Positions 1 to 13,120 of a stretch of DNA of 64,000 nt are shown one piece after another; position 1 is the first letter of the stretch, and the number at the start of each line of letters is the position of its first letter. The DNA lies in NCBI RefSeq assembly GCF_036321535.1, contig NC_087437.1, positions 74,402,001-74,466,000 on the forward strand, given 5' to 3'. The DNA comes from Camelus dromedarius. Its lineage: Eukaryota. The notes beneath the pieces are model-generated. The model was given only the letters and a program-made list of their open reading frames with translations, made no database searches and had not been told where the DNA came from. A program made the translations under genes and the position numbers.

Positions 1-1234
1 ATTTTATTGAAAAAATCTACCATAATAAAATGGTAAAAAGAAAAAATAATTTTTCATGTATCTCTTTCTTATCATACAAATTCTTCCCTTCTCTCCAGAA
101 TACTGAAGTAACACTGGAATATAAATCACACTGTAATATTCATATGGACCCAAAATATACTGGATTCCATGTGACAGCCTGAGAGAATCTTTTAATTGTT
201 AAGTCCTACAGTGAGGAGAGAGGAGAAATCACTTTAATTTTTTTTTTAACAAAGCTATTTATGTTGTTAAAATAAACAATTCTACAAGGCTTAAAAGACA
301 TACATTCCACAGTCCTCTAATCCTCTTCCCACACACTCAGTCACACCTTCCTCCCAGACTCTGAAACGTCCATGCCTCATGTCCCTAAATCACTGACTAC
401 ACCTCTCCAGAAAATCCACCTGCTTGCACTCAGAGGAAGGGGGCAGTGGGTTCCTGACAGCGTCAGCTGAAGGAGGAAATCTAGGGATCCATTTCTTAAA
501 CAGTCTAGCTAGTAATAATAATAATAATCCCGCTTTTCTGTCGTACTCACTCCCAGTTTCAGAGATGCCTCATATCTCCACATGGCCCAAACTGCCTGGC
601 TACTGGGCTTCACCCCTACCCAGTCCAGATCTCCATTCCTTTGGTCTGCTGATTTCAGCTTTCATCCATCTACTGTGTTGTCATCTCCTCAGTGCTCTTC
701 CTTGCCACTGTGGATTTACAACTTTAAAAAGAATCACCTTACTGCCCTGTTATTGGGGTTTTAGGAGGAAGCATGGGTTAACATGTATGTGCTCCACTCA
801 GCCAAAAATCTACCATATTTAGTCAAAAATCTAAGCTTTCTTTTTTTTACTCTAAATCCTTAAATTTTGATAATCTATACTTGTGTATTTTCTGTAATTT
901 AAAAATAAATGTAAAATTAGGCCCACAGAATCTGTGATAGTTCTTTCCATACTCAGAGGTTTTCTATAAGTTCTTCACTATTTTCTATTCTGTGGCTAAT
1001 TCTAGATGGTTAAACTTGTTTGAAGTTGGGTCTCTGAATTGGTGTAACTTTCTGTATAGTCCAAATAAATTCAAACTGATATTCAGCAAAAAGATCAGTC
1101 AAGTCAACCATGTAACAGTTAATGAAAACCAAATGTTGGCTTTCTCGACTGCTGCACACAAAGGTGCTTGAAACACAGTTCCTAAGATGGTCCTTCTGCT
1201 TGGAGTATTCTCTCTCTTATCCCTTTTAAAATAA

Positions 1235-1500
1235 ACAACCTTACTTACTCTTCAAGGTACAGCTCAAATATTACGGCCTCTCCTTGGCATCCTCTTTTCC
1301 CATCCATTTCCCTGGGAGAAGCAATTACCTCTTTATTTGAGCTCCTTTAATACTCTGTACACACTTCCACTGTAGTGATTTATTGTCTATACCTCCACTA
1401 TATTTTGAATGCCTCAAAGACAGGATCTGTGTTCCATTCTTTTTTGGAAGTGCCAGTAGAGTACCTATAACTCAAAAGAGCATCAGTAAACAATTTTGAA
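1235..1500 (+). mobile_element. L2 (LINE-2) 3' end fragment
   Basis: Resembles the L2 3' consensus (ttcaaggtacagctcaaatatt...gaatgcctcaaagacagg...cagtagagtacct...catcagtaaacaattttgaa); boundaries approximate. Confidence 0.6.
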
Positions 1501-1634
1501 CTTACTCACAATGACAAAAATATCCTCTAATCTGAGAAAATCCAGAACTACACAGGCAGAAATGAGGAACACTCAACTCAAAGTCTACAATAAAGAGAAG
1601 CTTTATGTATGAATCCAATTCCCCCTCACTAAAA

Positions 1635-1770
1635 CTACCTGAAGAAGGTATCACCCCTATTTGACAGATGAAACAATTGGGACTCAAATATCTTGGTCAA
1701 GATCACAGCTAATAAATACTAGAATAAAAGCATCTGAACCATCATCTGGTTCCAAAGCTATAGCTCTTGA
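1635..1770 (-). mobile_element. MIR SINE fragment
   Basis: Reverse MIR core: cccctatttgacagatgaaac...caagatcacagctaataaat...ttccaaagctatagctctt. Confidence 0.7.
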
Positions 1771-2689
1771 TTTTTTTTCTTTTTAAGGCTTCTTTCTTAA
1801 GAGATCAGAAAATACAACATGCAGAAAGGAACAGTTTTCCTTCTTCATTTTGCCAGATCTTGGTATATAAATGACTATAGTCTTCAAATACAAGTTATGT
1901 CCAAATGTTTGTTTTTTGACTTATTTTTTCTACATCATTCATTTCTGAGCCATTACATCTGCCATGGTTAGTTAAGCCTGCTGTGAACTCACACAGTCTG
2001 AGACTGCCATTACTTTAATGGTAGTTCTTAGTGCATGAAGATGATACTTCCAACTGCTCTACCTTCAAGGAAGGAAGGTGGGTACAACCAATTCCTTGAC
2101 TCTGTTCTCAACCACATATTGCGCACTTGCAATACACATACTTTGGGAAGGGTGCCTCCTAACACTTTGATTTTTTTGTGCATTTAGGAAAGGAAAGTAA
2201 AATGCAATGTGTGATACACGCATAATGCAATAAACCTTGTTGGAATGCACACTTGGTGCAATTTATCTTGTCTCCTTTGGGCACCTACATACTGGCTTCA
2301 ATACTTAGGTTTGAGTCCATGTAGCTACATCTCCGTATATAGATTCCTATAGAGTTAATATTGCTATGCAATGTGAACATAAAGAGTTTTTTTAATATCA
2401 GTCTCTAATCCCTCTTCATTGTATGTCAATTTCTAATCCCTCTTCTCCACTGACTGCTAATCAGTGTGGCCAAGAAAAACTGTTTCCACTGTGGCCAATC
2501 CGGTTCTCCTTCTAGATCTCACTGGTACCTAGAGTCCAGGTATCTCATAGACTCTTATGCCTTACATGCCATACTGTCTGTGTCATGGTAGGTAGGAAAG
2601 CAGAGCATCCACCATTCCTATACCTGCTGTGAGCTTCTTACTTGAAGCATTTGCAGCTCTTAATAGAGGACTTTATCTACTTGCCAAAG

Positions 2690-2925
2690 AATGCTCACCC
2701 CATGTACAGGGGAGTCCAGAGGTGGCAGAAGGGTGATGTCCCTAGAGCAGCCTTCAACACTGACAGAGAGAGGTGTGCCCTGTACTGACTTCCAGAGGGG
2801 CTCGATAGGACTAAGCCCTGCTGTGTCGTGGTGGTAATCTTCTCATTAGAGTACTGGCTTCCTTCCCTTCTCTGCCTCACTTCCCCGCTTGTGCTACTGT
2901 GATTGCCTCCCACCTGACCTCCTCT
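2690..2925. mobile_element. Old ERVL-class LTR fragment (LTR16-like)
   Basis: ggcttccttcccttctctgcctcacttccccgcttg...cctccca resembles ERVL LTR 3' portions; subfamily uncertain. Confidence 0.5.
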
Positions 2926-3416
2926 AGCCCCTAAGTCTAGAATAAATAAAAGGCCATTTTAGGAACAGTGTTTATTACGTGACACTATGGAGATTTGCCC
3001 CCCACCCCCACTATGCAGAAAACAACACCAGCTCCTAACTCTCTCATTCCACCAAGACTGAATTCTGCTTGTTCATGTCTCAGCTCTCCCTAACCTACTG
3101 TCCTGTGACAGAGCCTACACTCTGCACACTCTAACAAAACTAAGGGCATTTTAAATTCCTTGGGGCAAAAAGAGTCACTGTCCTGCCTGTGTCCGAGGTG
3201 AAAATAAATTCCCTACCACCCTGATCACTGAGTGGTGCCTTTGCAGCTCCAATCACTCCTTCCTCTCCCAGCTGCCAGCCATCTCTGGGGTTGCTGTTAA
3301 ACCACATCATGCCCCTTTGCCCAGTCCTCTCAAGTGAACAGTTACCATCTTTTTCCTCTTGTAAGCTACATACACACACATACACACACACATACACTTT
3401 TATTTTATTTAATAAA

Positions 3417-3904
3417 TGTGTTCATTTCTTACTGCTGCTACTATAACAAATCACCATAAATAAAGTTGCTTAAAACAAGAAAAAAATTATCTTACAGTTC
3501 TGGAGATGAGAAATCTGAAATGAGTCTCCAAGTGTTAATAGGGCTTCGTTTCTTCTACAGACATTATGGAAGAGACAATTTCCTTGCCTTTTCCAGCTTC
3601 CAGAGACTACCCGCAGTCCTCAGCTCACAGCCCCATCCCTCCGTGTTCAAAGCTAGGATCATTAAGGTCAGTCTTTCTCATGCACCATCCTGACTCTTAT
3701 CTCTTCTGTCTCCCTCTTCCACTTATAAGAACTCTGTGATTACAATGGATCTACCAAGATATTTCAAAGTCAGCTTAGTGGTTACTATAATTCCATCTGC
3801 AGCCTTAATCCCCTTTGCCATACAACCTAAATGTTCATGGTTTCTAGAACTGGGATTTGGACATCATTGGGAGATGGAAGGGGGGCATTATTCTACAGAT
3901 CACA
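3417..3904 (-). mobile_element. MaLR solo LTR (MLT1D-like)
   Basis: tgctgctactataacaaatcaccataaa...ttatcttacagttctggag...ttccttgccttttccagcttccagag...ttggacatc...gggggcattattct...cac, typical of reverse MLT1. Confidence 0.8.
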
Positions 3905-4094
3905 ATAAGTTTTAAAATGCTAATTATGTTACTTACTCCTGTCAGACTGAAAAAATTCTAGATACTGTGTTTTAGGATGGTCCTATTACCCCAATCACTC
4001 TAGAAACGGCATCTATTGAAAACAATGAATACTACGCATTACCAATAGTTGCCGTCACTGAGAACCTGTGATGTGTCAGGTATTCAATAAAGGA

Positions 4095-4285
4095 AGAGAT
4101 GTTTAATAGTTACAGCATGGCCTTCAGAATCAGACTGGTCTGGATTTGAATTTGTGCTCTGCTACCTACTAAGTAGATAAAACTCTGAACAAGTTAATTA
4201 ACCGCTTTGAATCTCATTTTATCAAGTGTTAAGGAGACAGTATATTGCCTTCATAGTAATGAGCTGATCACATTATTATTATTAT
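4095..4285 (+). mobile_element. MIR SINE
   Basis: tcagaatcagactggtctggatttgaatttgtgctctgctacctact...aacaagttaattaacc...ctcattttatc. Confidence 0.7.
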
Positions 4286-4339
4286 TTTAATAGCTGACAC
4301 CTTACTCCTTATGCCATTGTTTGGAAAAATTGAAAAGAA

Positions 4340-7235
4340 TATTTGATTACATGTAGGATTACCTCATGTTTTTACTTCTTAATCCTCCCAAAATTATACC
4401 AAAATAACAGTTGAGAAACTAGCATGTCAGTAACCCATAATATTGAGAATGGAGAGGAGACAACAGTGAAAGTAATTACTGGAACAAATATTTGAGAGAT
4501 AAAAAATGATGGAGGAGGCGCAACTGACATATTGGAATACAAGAAGCTGAAGCCTCCATCAAGGTCAGAGGGTACCAAAGGGGAAACTAGCCAGTTTACC
4601 CAACGAAACACCTGGAAGCTCAGCCTTTGAAATCTGTCAGACTAAAACCAGAAGGGTGGGGTGAACAAAGAGAAATGGTTAAAAAAAATCTACACTCACA
4701 GTAAGTGGCAGGCACGGAGAGCTTGCCACCCAGGTTCTCTTTTTCACTCTGTGCAGCCAGGCAACTTACTCTCAACCCAGCTCTGTGAGAGAGGGGATAT
4801 GTTTTTCCTCTTGAGAAATGGAGTCAGTAAGGCTCCTAATGTGGGAATAGACACATGAAAAAGGGGGGAGGGGGGACTCATACTGAAAAGCAGGGACTTA
4901 TATGTATAAGTTCATATAGTGAACTACAGGACTCTTCAAAATCAGTCCTCATCAGGAAGAAAACTAGAGGATGTTTGTTTAGAGGAGCTAAACAGTCTCA
5001 CACACTGACCTTTTGGTGACACTCAATGAAATAACAGTCTTTGTATCGGAGGCCATCAAACGACAAGTCCATCTACCCTTAAACAGAACTTCTGATCAGA
5101 ATTTTAGTGACAAACTTTTAAATACAAATGGGATGTTAAAGGTTACTGGGCATTTGAGTAAAGTAACCAAAGTTAAAGATCAAAACAAACAAATAAATTT
5201 TTAAAAAGGTTAAAAGGCAGTAAAGAAGAAAACACAACACACAAGATGTTCAGAGACATAATTCTTTCTGTCAAACTAGAAGATGATGCAGTGAAAAAAT
5301 GACTGCTCTAGGGTTAAAAAAAAAAAGCACTCCTGAAAATTAAAGATATTATAATTGACTACTTTTAATCAAAAGCAGAGACAGAAGTTAAGGTTGGGAA
5401 ATTCAAGGAAGTAGACTAAAAATTTTAAATGACATAGACTATGGGAAAGACATAATAACAAAATAAGAGAATTGCACCCTGCTTTCTAACATTCTAATAG
5501 GAATTCCAGAAATCCTGAATACAGACATTATTAAAGAAATAATTTTAGGTTTTCTTGAACTGAATCAATTTTCCAGAAAGTGCGTGCTCAGGAATGCCCA
5601 GAACAACAAATAAGAGACAACATTAGAAATTTTATCTAGAGGTAAGGGAAGATTATGAAATCTTACAACACAACACACATGCGCACACACACATGCACAC
5701 ACAAAGCCCTTATAAAATAATAAGCATCACACAGCATCAGCAACATTAGATATTCAATGACAGTGAAGCTAAACCTCTCAATTTCCTATGCAAAATTATT
5801 CTCAGTTTAGTATTCCATACTAACTGTTATCAGTCTTCGTTGAAAACAAGAGAATTTACCCTGTAAGCTAAAAAAAAAATGAGTTTTTTAAAGGATAATG
5901 GATAGCTCACTGAATCAGTGGGAGGGCTGGAGAAGCAAGCTTGAGATTAGGGTTCCATTGCCTAGAACCACACTGCAGAACCCCCCAACAGGAAAACCAT
6001 TTTATTTTATCCCTCCATCTACCATGCACTGGAATTCACTACAACTTCTCCTGCCACGAGCACCAGTGACACTAAGCCCCTGAAAACCACATGCCTCTGA
6101 ACCATTCACCAGGAAAAGGCTGCAAAAAACGATTATTATAGGAATAAAACTCAAGTTACTTGCTTCTGAATGGAATCCTGTACTGGTTTATCTGACAGGA
6201 TAAACTCACATAAATGCACCATTACTGCAAAGGAGGCTGGTGAAAGGAATATTCTGGATTGTACCTTGTAGAGACAGAATTCACAAAGTAGGGCATTGTA
6301 AGGAAAATGTTTGGCAGATACTCAATGGCCATTCTTCCAATCACCTGAGAGATGTACACTGTTCTACCAAATATCAATCAAATGTGAGAGTAGAATAAAA
6401 ACATTTTCAGACATGCAAGGATTCAAATAAACTGCCATCACCCTTTCTTAAAGAAATGCTGGAAGATGAACTCCAGCAAAATAAGGGAATAAATCTAAAA
6501 GGAGGAACACATGGCACCCCAGACACAGGATCAAGCACTGGAGAAGAACGAAGGGAGTTCAGGGTGACATCTGGTCAAGAGCCCTACAGAGCAACCAGCT
6601 GAGACTGGAGAAAGATGATGGAGAAACGGAGGGGAGGCTTTCAAGTACAAAAAAAGTTTGTTTTCAAGAACTTGACTTATCATCTCATATTTTAACATTT
6701 GAAAAATATTAATAAGTGTTTGGCAGCTCTATTTGGAGCTTTTGGAAAAACAGAAAACGGCGAAATACAAGCAATAATTAAAAATTGTAAAATACAGAGT
6801 AAATTTGAGAAAAAAAGAGATATAGTATACTACTAGGCTCAGTAGTAAATAATATTTAGTCAATAATGTGGAAACTGAGTACCAAGTTAATTAAATATAT
6901 GCTAAAGTATATTGAGAAAACACATGTGTATATGTGAAGGGGGATGTACTAAGAGTGATAAATCCTGAATTACCAAAATAAGAAATCTAAAAACAGTAAG
7001 ATTAGAAAGTTAAAAACTGTAGTACAAATATACATACTTATAAAGATGCTGAAAATCTGAAGAAAAAATCTGGAAGAGAGCTGAAGCTGATACCCGAGGG
7101 GAGCAAAACATGAGAATGAGGAAGAATGGGACAGGAATCTATATTTTATTTGAAATACACCCTTTAGTCCTATTTGACTTTTAACTATGTGAATGCAATA
7201 CACTGATAAAAGTAGAATTGCTTTTTTAGAAAAAA
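4340..7235 (+). mobile_element. HAL1 (half-L1, ORF1-only element), long degraded copy, interrupted
   Basis: HAL1-like segments: ctaataggaattccagaaa...aaagaaataatt; tatcaatcaaatgtgagagtagaataaaaacattttcagacatgcaagg; ctggaagatgaactccagcaaaataagggaataaa; 3' end ctatttgacttttaactatgtg...gataaaa. Confidence 0.7.
5850..6350 (-). mobile_element. Old MaLR LTR (MLT1-type) nested in HAL1
   Basis: ggataatggatagctcactgaatcagtgggagggctggagaagc...actgcaaaggaggctggtgaaagg interrupts collinear HAL1 sequence. Confidence 0.5.
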
Positions 7236-8489
7236 ATTATTTGGTAAACGATGGTATAGAAAGTGGGATCTCTAGAGTCTGGATATCAGATATCAAAACT
7301 TCAAAAAAAAGGGTAACTACTATTGTATGATAGAAGACAATTAATTTAAAGTTTCCAGAAAAATCTAAGAAAGAAAGTAAAAAGAAGGGGACAGGGGAGA
7401 AAAATAATGGGCAGTAGTCAGCAAAAAGGTGACATTTTGTGCCACACATTATGTAACTCCTTCCCATGACACTACGAAACCATCAGTATCATATCCTAAA
7501 CTCAGAGATCAGCGAGTGATCTCTGACCAAAAAAAAAAAAAAAAAAAAAACACCCTGAAAAAGGAACTGTCACTCTTTCAAACATAGTTGGTATCAAGCA
7601 ATGAAAGAGCCAACAGGCTGAGTTAGTCCTTAGAAAACGAGCTCCTTGGAAATGATCAGAATCTTAGAAGGATTTTGGATTTAGAGATTTAATTTTTCCT
7701 AGAACTCGAGGGGCCTAAAATATTCTGATTTACTTTGGGTTATACACAAAATAATGTATCTAATAAGCTTAGCACAGTGCTGGCACATCGCAAGCATTCA
7801 GTATAAGGTAGCTGATACATACACTCTCACATCATCCTCACAAGGACCCTTTAAGGTCAGCAATATTAACTCCATGTTTCCCAAGGAGGAAAAGGCTCAC
7901 AGACATGAGTTTCTCAAGATCGCACAGACCAGTGCCTTTCAAAGGTCTGTATACAATACCAACAGAATCATCAAATTTATCCTACAGTGGAATTAGAACC
8001 ACACGCACTGATTAGATCATCAGCATCTCCTCCTCTGTATGCTATTTTTATACAGAATGTGGCAAAAAGATGAGGAAATATACATCCTTTTGCTTTGGCA
8101 CCTAAGATGCTCTAAACTATTCTTAAACAGACTGAATGGGGAAAACTGAGTAGGAGTAAGAATGGTTGTGATAATGTAGGGAAATTTTTAAACATGTCCA
8201 TATTTTATGTAGGAGAGTTGTTTTATTTTTTAAGACATCTTTTTGTGGGAGGTTAAGTTCTATCTTTATCCTGTTTTAAGAAACTCATTGCCCCAATCAC
8301 TTAATATTAGATCATGAATGTTATCCTGGATTCTGATAAGAGCACAGTATCTTCAACTACAGAAATAGAAAGTCTAAAACTACCAACTAAAATTAATTAA
8401 TTAAAAAATGGACACCTAGGTATATTTTTTGGAAAGATGCTGGAAAATTCCATGTGGATGTGATTTATAAACACTATCAAATTTTTCTG

Positions 8490-8712
8490 ATGTTTTTCAA
8501 AGTATAGTTGATTTACAATGTTGTTTTAATTTCCAGGGTACAGCAAAGTGGTTCAGTTATACATATACATCCTTTTTCATATTCTTTTCCATTATGTTTT
8601 ATTATAGGATATTGAATATAGTTCCCTGAGCTATACAGTAGGACCTTGTTGTTTATCTATTTTATATATAGGAGTTTGTATATGCTAATCCTAAATTCCT
8701 AATTTATCCCAA
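8490..8712 (-). mobile_element. L1 3' end (cetartiodactyl type), 5'-truncated
   Basis: aagtatagttgatttacaatgttg...gtacagcaaagtggttcagttatacat...gatattgaatatagttccctgagctatacagtaggaccttgttgtttatc. Confidence 0.9.
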
Positions 8713-9269
8713 TGTCATCAATTACTGATAAACACATTGAATAGGACACAGTGCAGAAAGAATCCATTAGCTTTCCACTGTCCCAAATTTACTGCATTTT
8801 TTTGGTTATCCATCAAAGAAAGGAGTTAGTTCAAAATATTTTGTCCCATGGCTTAGAGCTCACTCTTTTCTCTCCAGTTATTTACAAACCATTCATCTTT
8901 GCAATGATGAATTTTCGAATGCCGCATAGAATTCGTGTCAAGCATCTGCTGGACTCTAAAGCACAAATGCTTCCAAGAATTAACCGAGAATAAAATTTGG
9001 GAGCATCGCAGAGAAGGTAGAAACTATGATAAACTATAAAATACATATCCCCTAAAAGTATTCAGATTCAATAACTTTTTCTGTACCAGTCAATAGAGTC
9101 TTGCCAGTTTTAATTGTCCTCTGGGCTACCACCAGATAGTGACTTCTTATCAAAAGTGCCCCTATTTGCCATCAACATCCTTTTTCAAAATCAAAGTGTC
9201 GCCATCCTCTTCAGTTCCTACTGACTCCTCAGAGGTCATCTGCAAGGACCCAATAAACCCCTTTATTCT

Positions 9270-9480
9270 GTGAAGGTGTACGAAGTCCCAGCTACATCTC
9301 AGGCACTGTACCAGCCACCAGGGGAACAGCAAGGAGACCGACAGACATAGCACTTGGGAGTTTGGATAGAAAAGTAATCATTGGAATAACTAGCAGCAAA
9401 TATATACTTACAAATCATAACATGCACTGTCTTACAGGGTGCTATGAGAGAATGTAACAGGAGCATCGATCTGCTTGAGA
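9270..9480 (-). mobile_element. L2 3' fragment
   Basis: caggcactgtaccagccaccaggggaacagc...ggtgctatgagagaatgtaacagg. Confidence 0.55.
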
Positions 9481-9839
9481 TTGCCCTAGCCTTCAAGGGC
9501 GCATTTCATCTAGAAGGAGGCCTGAGCTCATTTAGATCTGTTAGGTGCTGTCTCATAATATCTTCACCCACATAGATTTAAATTCCCCTGTAACCAATAT
9601 TTGTTTTACCCTCTTATGGTTTGAAGATCAGTATATTTGACAGAGAAGACAAAAGCAAAACAGAAGTTGAGGGTTTCTGCTTCTTTATATTACTCATCAA
9701 TATTGTAATGTTGGCCCTAATCAACACACTGTTACTTATTGATCCTTTGCCTCAAACTCAGCTTTTTAAAAATGCATTTTGCATGGTTATTCTAGTCTCA
9801 GATCAATCTGGATTTTAAACTTTTTGACACTGTTCTTAA

Positions 9840-10080
9840 CAAGCAGCTTAGTTTAGTAAAAAGACAGCTTGGGTTCAGATGTTAATCCTTAATAGAACAC
9901 TAACAAGTTGTTTTACCATAACCAAATCATTTGGTCTCTCTGAGCCTCAGTGCCCTCATTTTTAAAATGAGAATCATAATTCCTACTTTGTAGATCTGTG
10001 GTGAGGATTAAATTAGATCCTGGGAGTAAAGCATCTAGTACAATGCCTGGCACAGAGCAGAGACCCACCAAATAATTGAT
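9840..10080 (+). mobile_element. MIR SINE
   Basis: tctctgagcctcagtgccctcatttttaaaatgagaatcataat...gtgaggattaaattag...gtaaagcatctagtacaatgcctggcacag. Confidence 0.85.
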
Positions 10081-11256
10081 GGTCTATGTTGTCCATAATG
10101 TTTGTCCTCACCTGTACTGTGGGTTTTTTAGCAGCAGAAACTGGGATCTCCACTTCTTTTCTCTCCCACATAATGCCTAAGGTACCCAATAAAGAGAGCA
10201 GGCAGGTGTGTTGATCATTAATAACCCTGGTGAAAACTTAAAAGGAATTGCACAGTTGACAACATTCTTTAGTTTAGCAAGGAAGAACAGCTTTTATCTT
10301 GCAAACACTAAATTGCAGGCTCCTTTTCCAGTTAAATACCCAGTTTGTTTACAACTAATTGTCACCTTAGTGGCTTCTGCTCCAAAGAACATTCAAACAC
10401 TGTGTTAACAGGTTTACACTTCTACTGTGTTCCTATTCTCAGAGAATACATATCTTGCATGACAAGGGCTTATCCCCTTACACCAAACAACCTCCTGCCT
10501 GAATTTTTTACTGAATAAGTCAGAGTGTTCAGTTATTTTGATGCCTGCTGTGCAAAAGCAAATTTCATCAAACACCATTAGAATGAGGCATAGAAAAGAA
10601 AATCTGCTCCTACGTATGACAGACTGTTCATCTAGGGCAATGAATTCCTACCTCTAGGTGGTGATAGCAAGGAGGAAAGAAGGGACTTTTCACTATTCCA
10701 GTTAGTAAAGTACTACTGTAAACATGCAAACTGTTACAGGTGAGTCTCACTTTACAAAACAGAAAAGCAATCTCCGTTTGATAAATCAGTTGAGTTCTAG
10801 CAGTTTAGTGTAGCAAATATTTCTCTTGAAGTATCAGAAAAAGGCTATGTTCCATTTATTAACTAAATTAAACTTCTCTGGGCCCCTATATTAAAGACAG
10901 AGATAAGTCCGTTTTCTCCTCACCCCTGCCATACATTTCTGTAATAATACCACGAGTTCTAGTGGGACACTGTGGATGCTCTGACCAGATCCTCTCCAAT
11001 CCCTTCCACAGCTCCCGTGTGCCCCAGTTCTGACTTCTGTGTCTCTTTGCTTCTACAACCATACCTGGGACTCTCTTTGGAGAGTCAATGTTGCTAGCTT
11101 ACCCAGTTACTACTAGACTTAAAATATTTAAGTGCAATATTAAATGTTATCTCTAAAAAAGGGACTTATTTATATTTTAAAATCAGATTCTAAAAATACA
11201 TTTAACTTTCCAATGCAACAACTATCCACACGTGTCCCAGAAAGAGGCTCCCTCAC

Positions 11257-11369
11257 CTACACAGTAACAGTGAGAACAACTCCATCGGTGACTGGAACTA
11301 CCAGATGTTCCTACACTGTGGCCTTTGGGATCAACGCTACAGACTCCTCGGAAGCACCTGGATCTGGAG
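11257..11369 (-). other. Candidate 113-nt internal exon of an unidentified minus-strand transcript
   Basis: Minus strand: acceptor tttttttacag|CTCCAG and donor GTAG|gtgagg, in unique sequence; one open frame (SRSRCFRGVCSVDPKGHSVGTSGSSSHRWSCSHCYCV), not recognised. Confidence 0.35.
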
Positions 11370-11519
11370 CTGTAAAAAAACGTATACACACAAATAAACA
11401 CACACATATTTTAATACCTCATTTAACTCCAATGTCTAGACCAGTGAATGTCTTATAAAAGGCCCTCAATACATGCTTGATAAATTACAGAATAAATGAC
11501 CGAATGAGTAAACAAATAA

Positions 11520-11650
11520 ACTAACAGAACTCTACTGAATATCTTCCATGTACCAGGTACTGGACTAGGTTCTAGGGGCACCACCATCAGCAAAACCATT
11601 CACAGACCCTAGCCTCATGGAGTTTACATTCAAGTGAGAGAGAAAGACAG
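11520..11650 (-). mobile_element. L2 3' end fragment
   Basis: tactgaatatcttccatgtaccaggtactggactaggttctaggg...ccctagcctcatggagtttacattcaagtgagagag. Confidence 0.75.
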
Positions 11651-12379
11651 ACATTCTGTGCGCGCGCGCGCACACACACAGGGAGCCTGCAAGGGGATGA
11701 TGATCTGTAGGGATCAAGAAGATCCAACGTGGAATCCAGCAGCAAAGACAAGAGTGAAAGAGCGAGCGGGGCTCCTGCCTACTTTGGTACCCTCCCCCGT
11801 GGCTCCGGAAGCGGTGGACACCAATTCATATACGTGTATCACTGGTATGTCAAGGACGGATAGTATTCCCACTAAGACATCAAAACAGACGTCTTTACAA
11901 AGAGAATTCTATTTTCAATAAAGTCTTTAAAGACACTGTATAGCAATATTTATGCAAAGTAAGGAATCATCTCTCGTAAGTTTCACAACTTATCTTTACG
12001 GGTTACTTAGAGCAAGATGAATCTGAAATGTGATTAAATAATAATGGAGTGAATTGTTAGAGCCAAAAATGAAAGGAAAGCTTATAATGCGTTTCAACAA
12101 AGGTTGATGAATCTGGCACCCTCCCCGAGAGGCATGTCTCCCTCGCTCTTTTGAAAGCACGAGCTCCTGCACACTGTGGAAGAGCATGCTAGTATCAGCC
12201 TGAATACAAATGCTAGTTTATAGAATTATGATAATTTCTCCTGACAGAATAAAGAATCCAGTTTAATCCTATTAACTGTTTGCTTACTTCAGTAAAAACA
12301 GCATTTAGTACAATGCTATGGGAAATTACTTCAACTTCCCTGCAGCAGCACTGGCGAGCCTATAAACAACTTTACTCAC

Positions 12380-12503
12380 CCGCAGAATATTTCCTAAGTT
12401 CAAGAGAGTCACATGATAGCTGAAGTCAAGACACCATGGGTGTCGTACACAGCAGCACCTCTGCCGCTGCAAAAGGAGTGGCTGAGCAAGCTCTGGTATA
12501 AAC
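12380..12503 (-). other. Candidate 124-nt exon (NAGNAG acceptor)
   Basis: Minus strand: tttccccagcag|GTTTATA...CTGCGG|gtgagt; product not recognised. Confidence 0.25.
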
Positions 12504-12881
12504 CTGCTGGGGAAACTGCCAAGGCAGAAGATAGTAAATACGACATGATAAGGAATGAGCTCTACATCTGGAAACTGCATATTGTAACTACAATAATTTC
12601 ATCTTATATTCTAAACCAGGGTTGCTCAGATGTGTTGGTCTGAATGCAGGAGAGCATTGCCATCAACATACTGGCAGTCTTCATGGAGGCTCTGGACAAC
12701 AACCTATTTTTGATGTATCAAAGGTAGACATTACTTGTGGTGGAAAGGGAAAAAGAGAAGGTAGAAGAAAATCTTTAGCCAACTCTGACATCTTGAGTAT
12801 AGGCTGTCTTGTATGGTCCTCTGTAGTGTCTAGTGTCTCTACCATTCACTGGGTCTTTAACCACACAGGACAGTATACGTG

Positions 12882-13120
12882 ACAGGCAGTGTGGTGCGGT
12901 ATAGACAGCACAGGCATTAGAGTAAGCAAACGCTGGGTCAAACGCCAGCTTGGCCATGTAGGAAGCATGCAACATTGGGCACTTAACACTTTGAGTATGA
13001 CTCTCCTCATCTATGAAAGGGAGTAAGAATGCATGCTTTACAGATTGTCAAGAGGCTAAAAGTGATTACACATATACAGTTCCTTTCCCGCTCACTTGGC
13101 AGGTGTTGAATAAATGTTCA
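12882..13120 (+). mobile_element. MIR SINE
   Basis: ggcagtgtggtgcggtatagacagcacaggc...ctcctcatctatgaaaggg...ttggcaggtgttgaataaatgtt. Confidence 0.75.

Noticed and set aside
7528..7550. Long poly(A) run as a retro-insertion
   Set aside because: No TSD or element body visible
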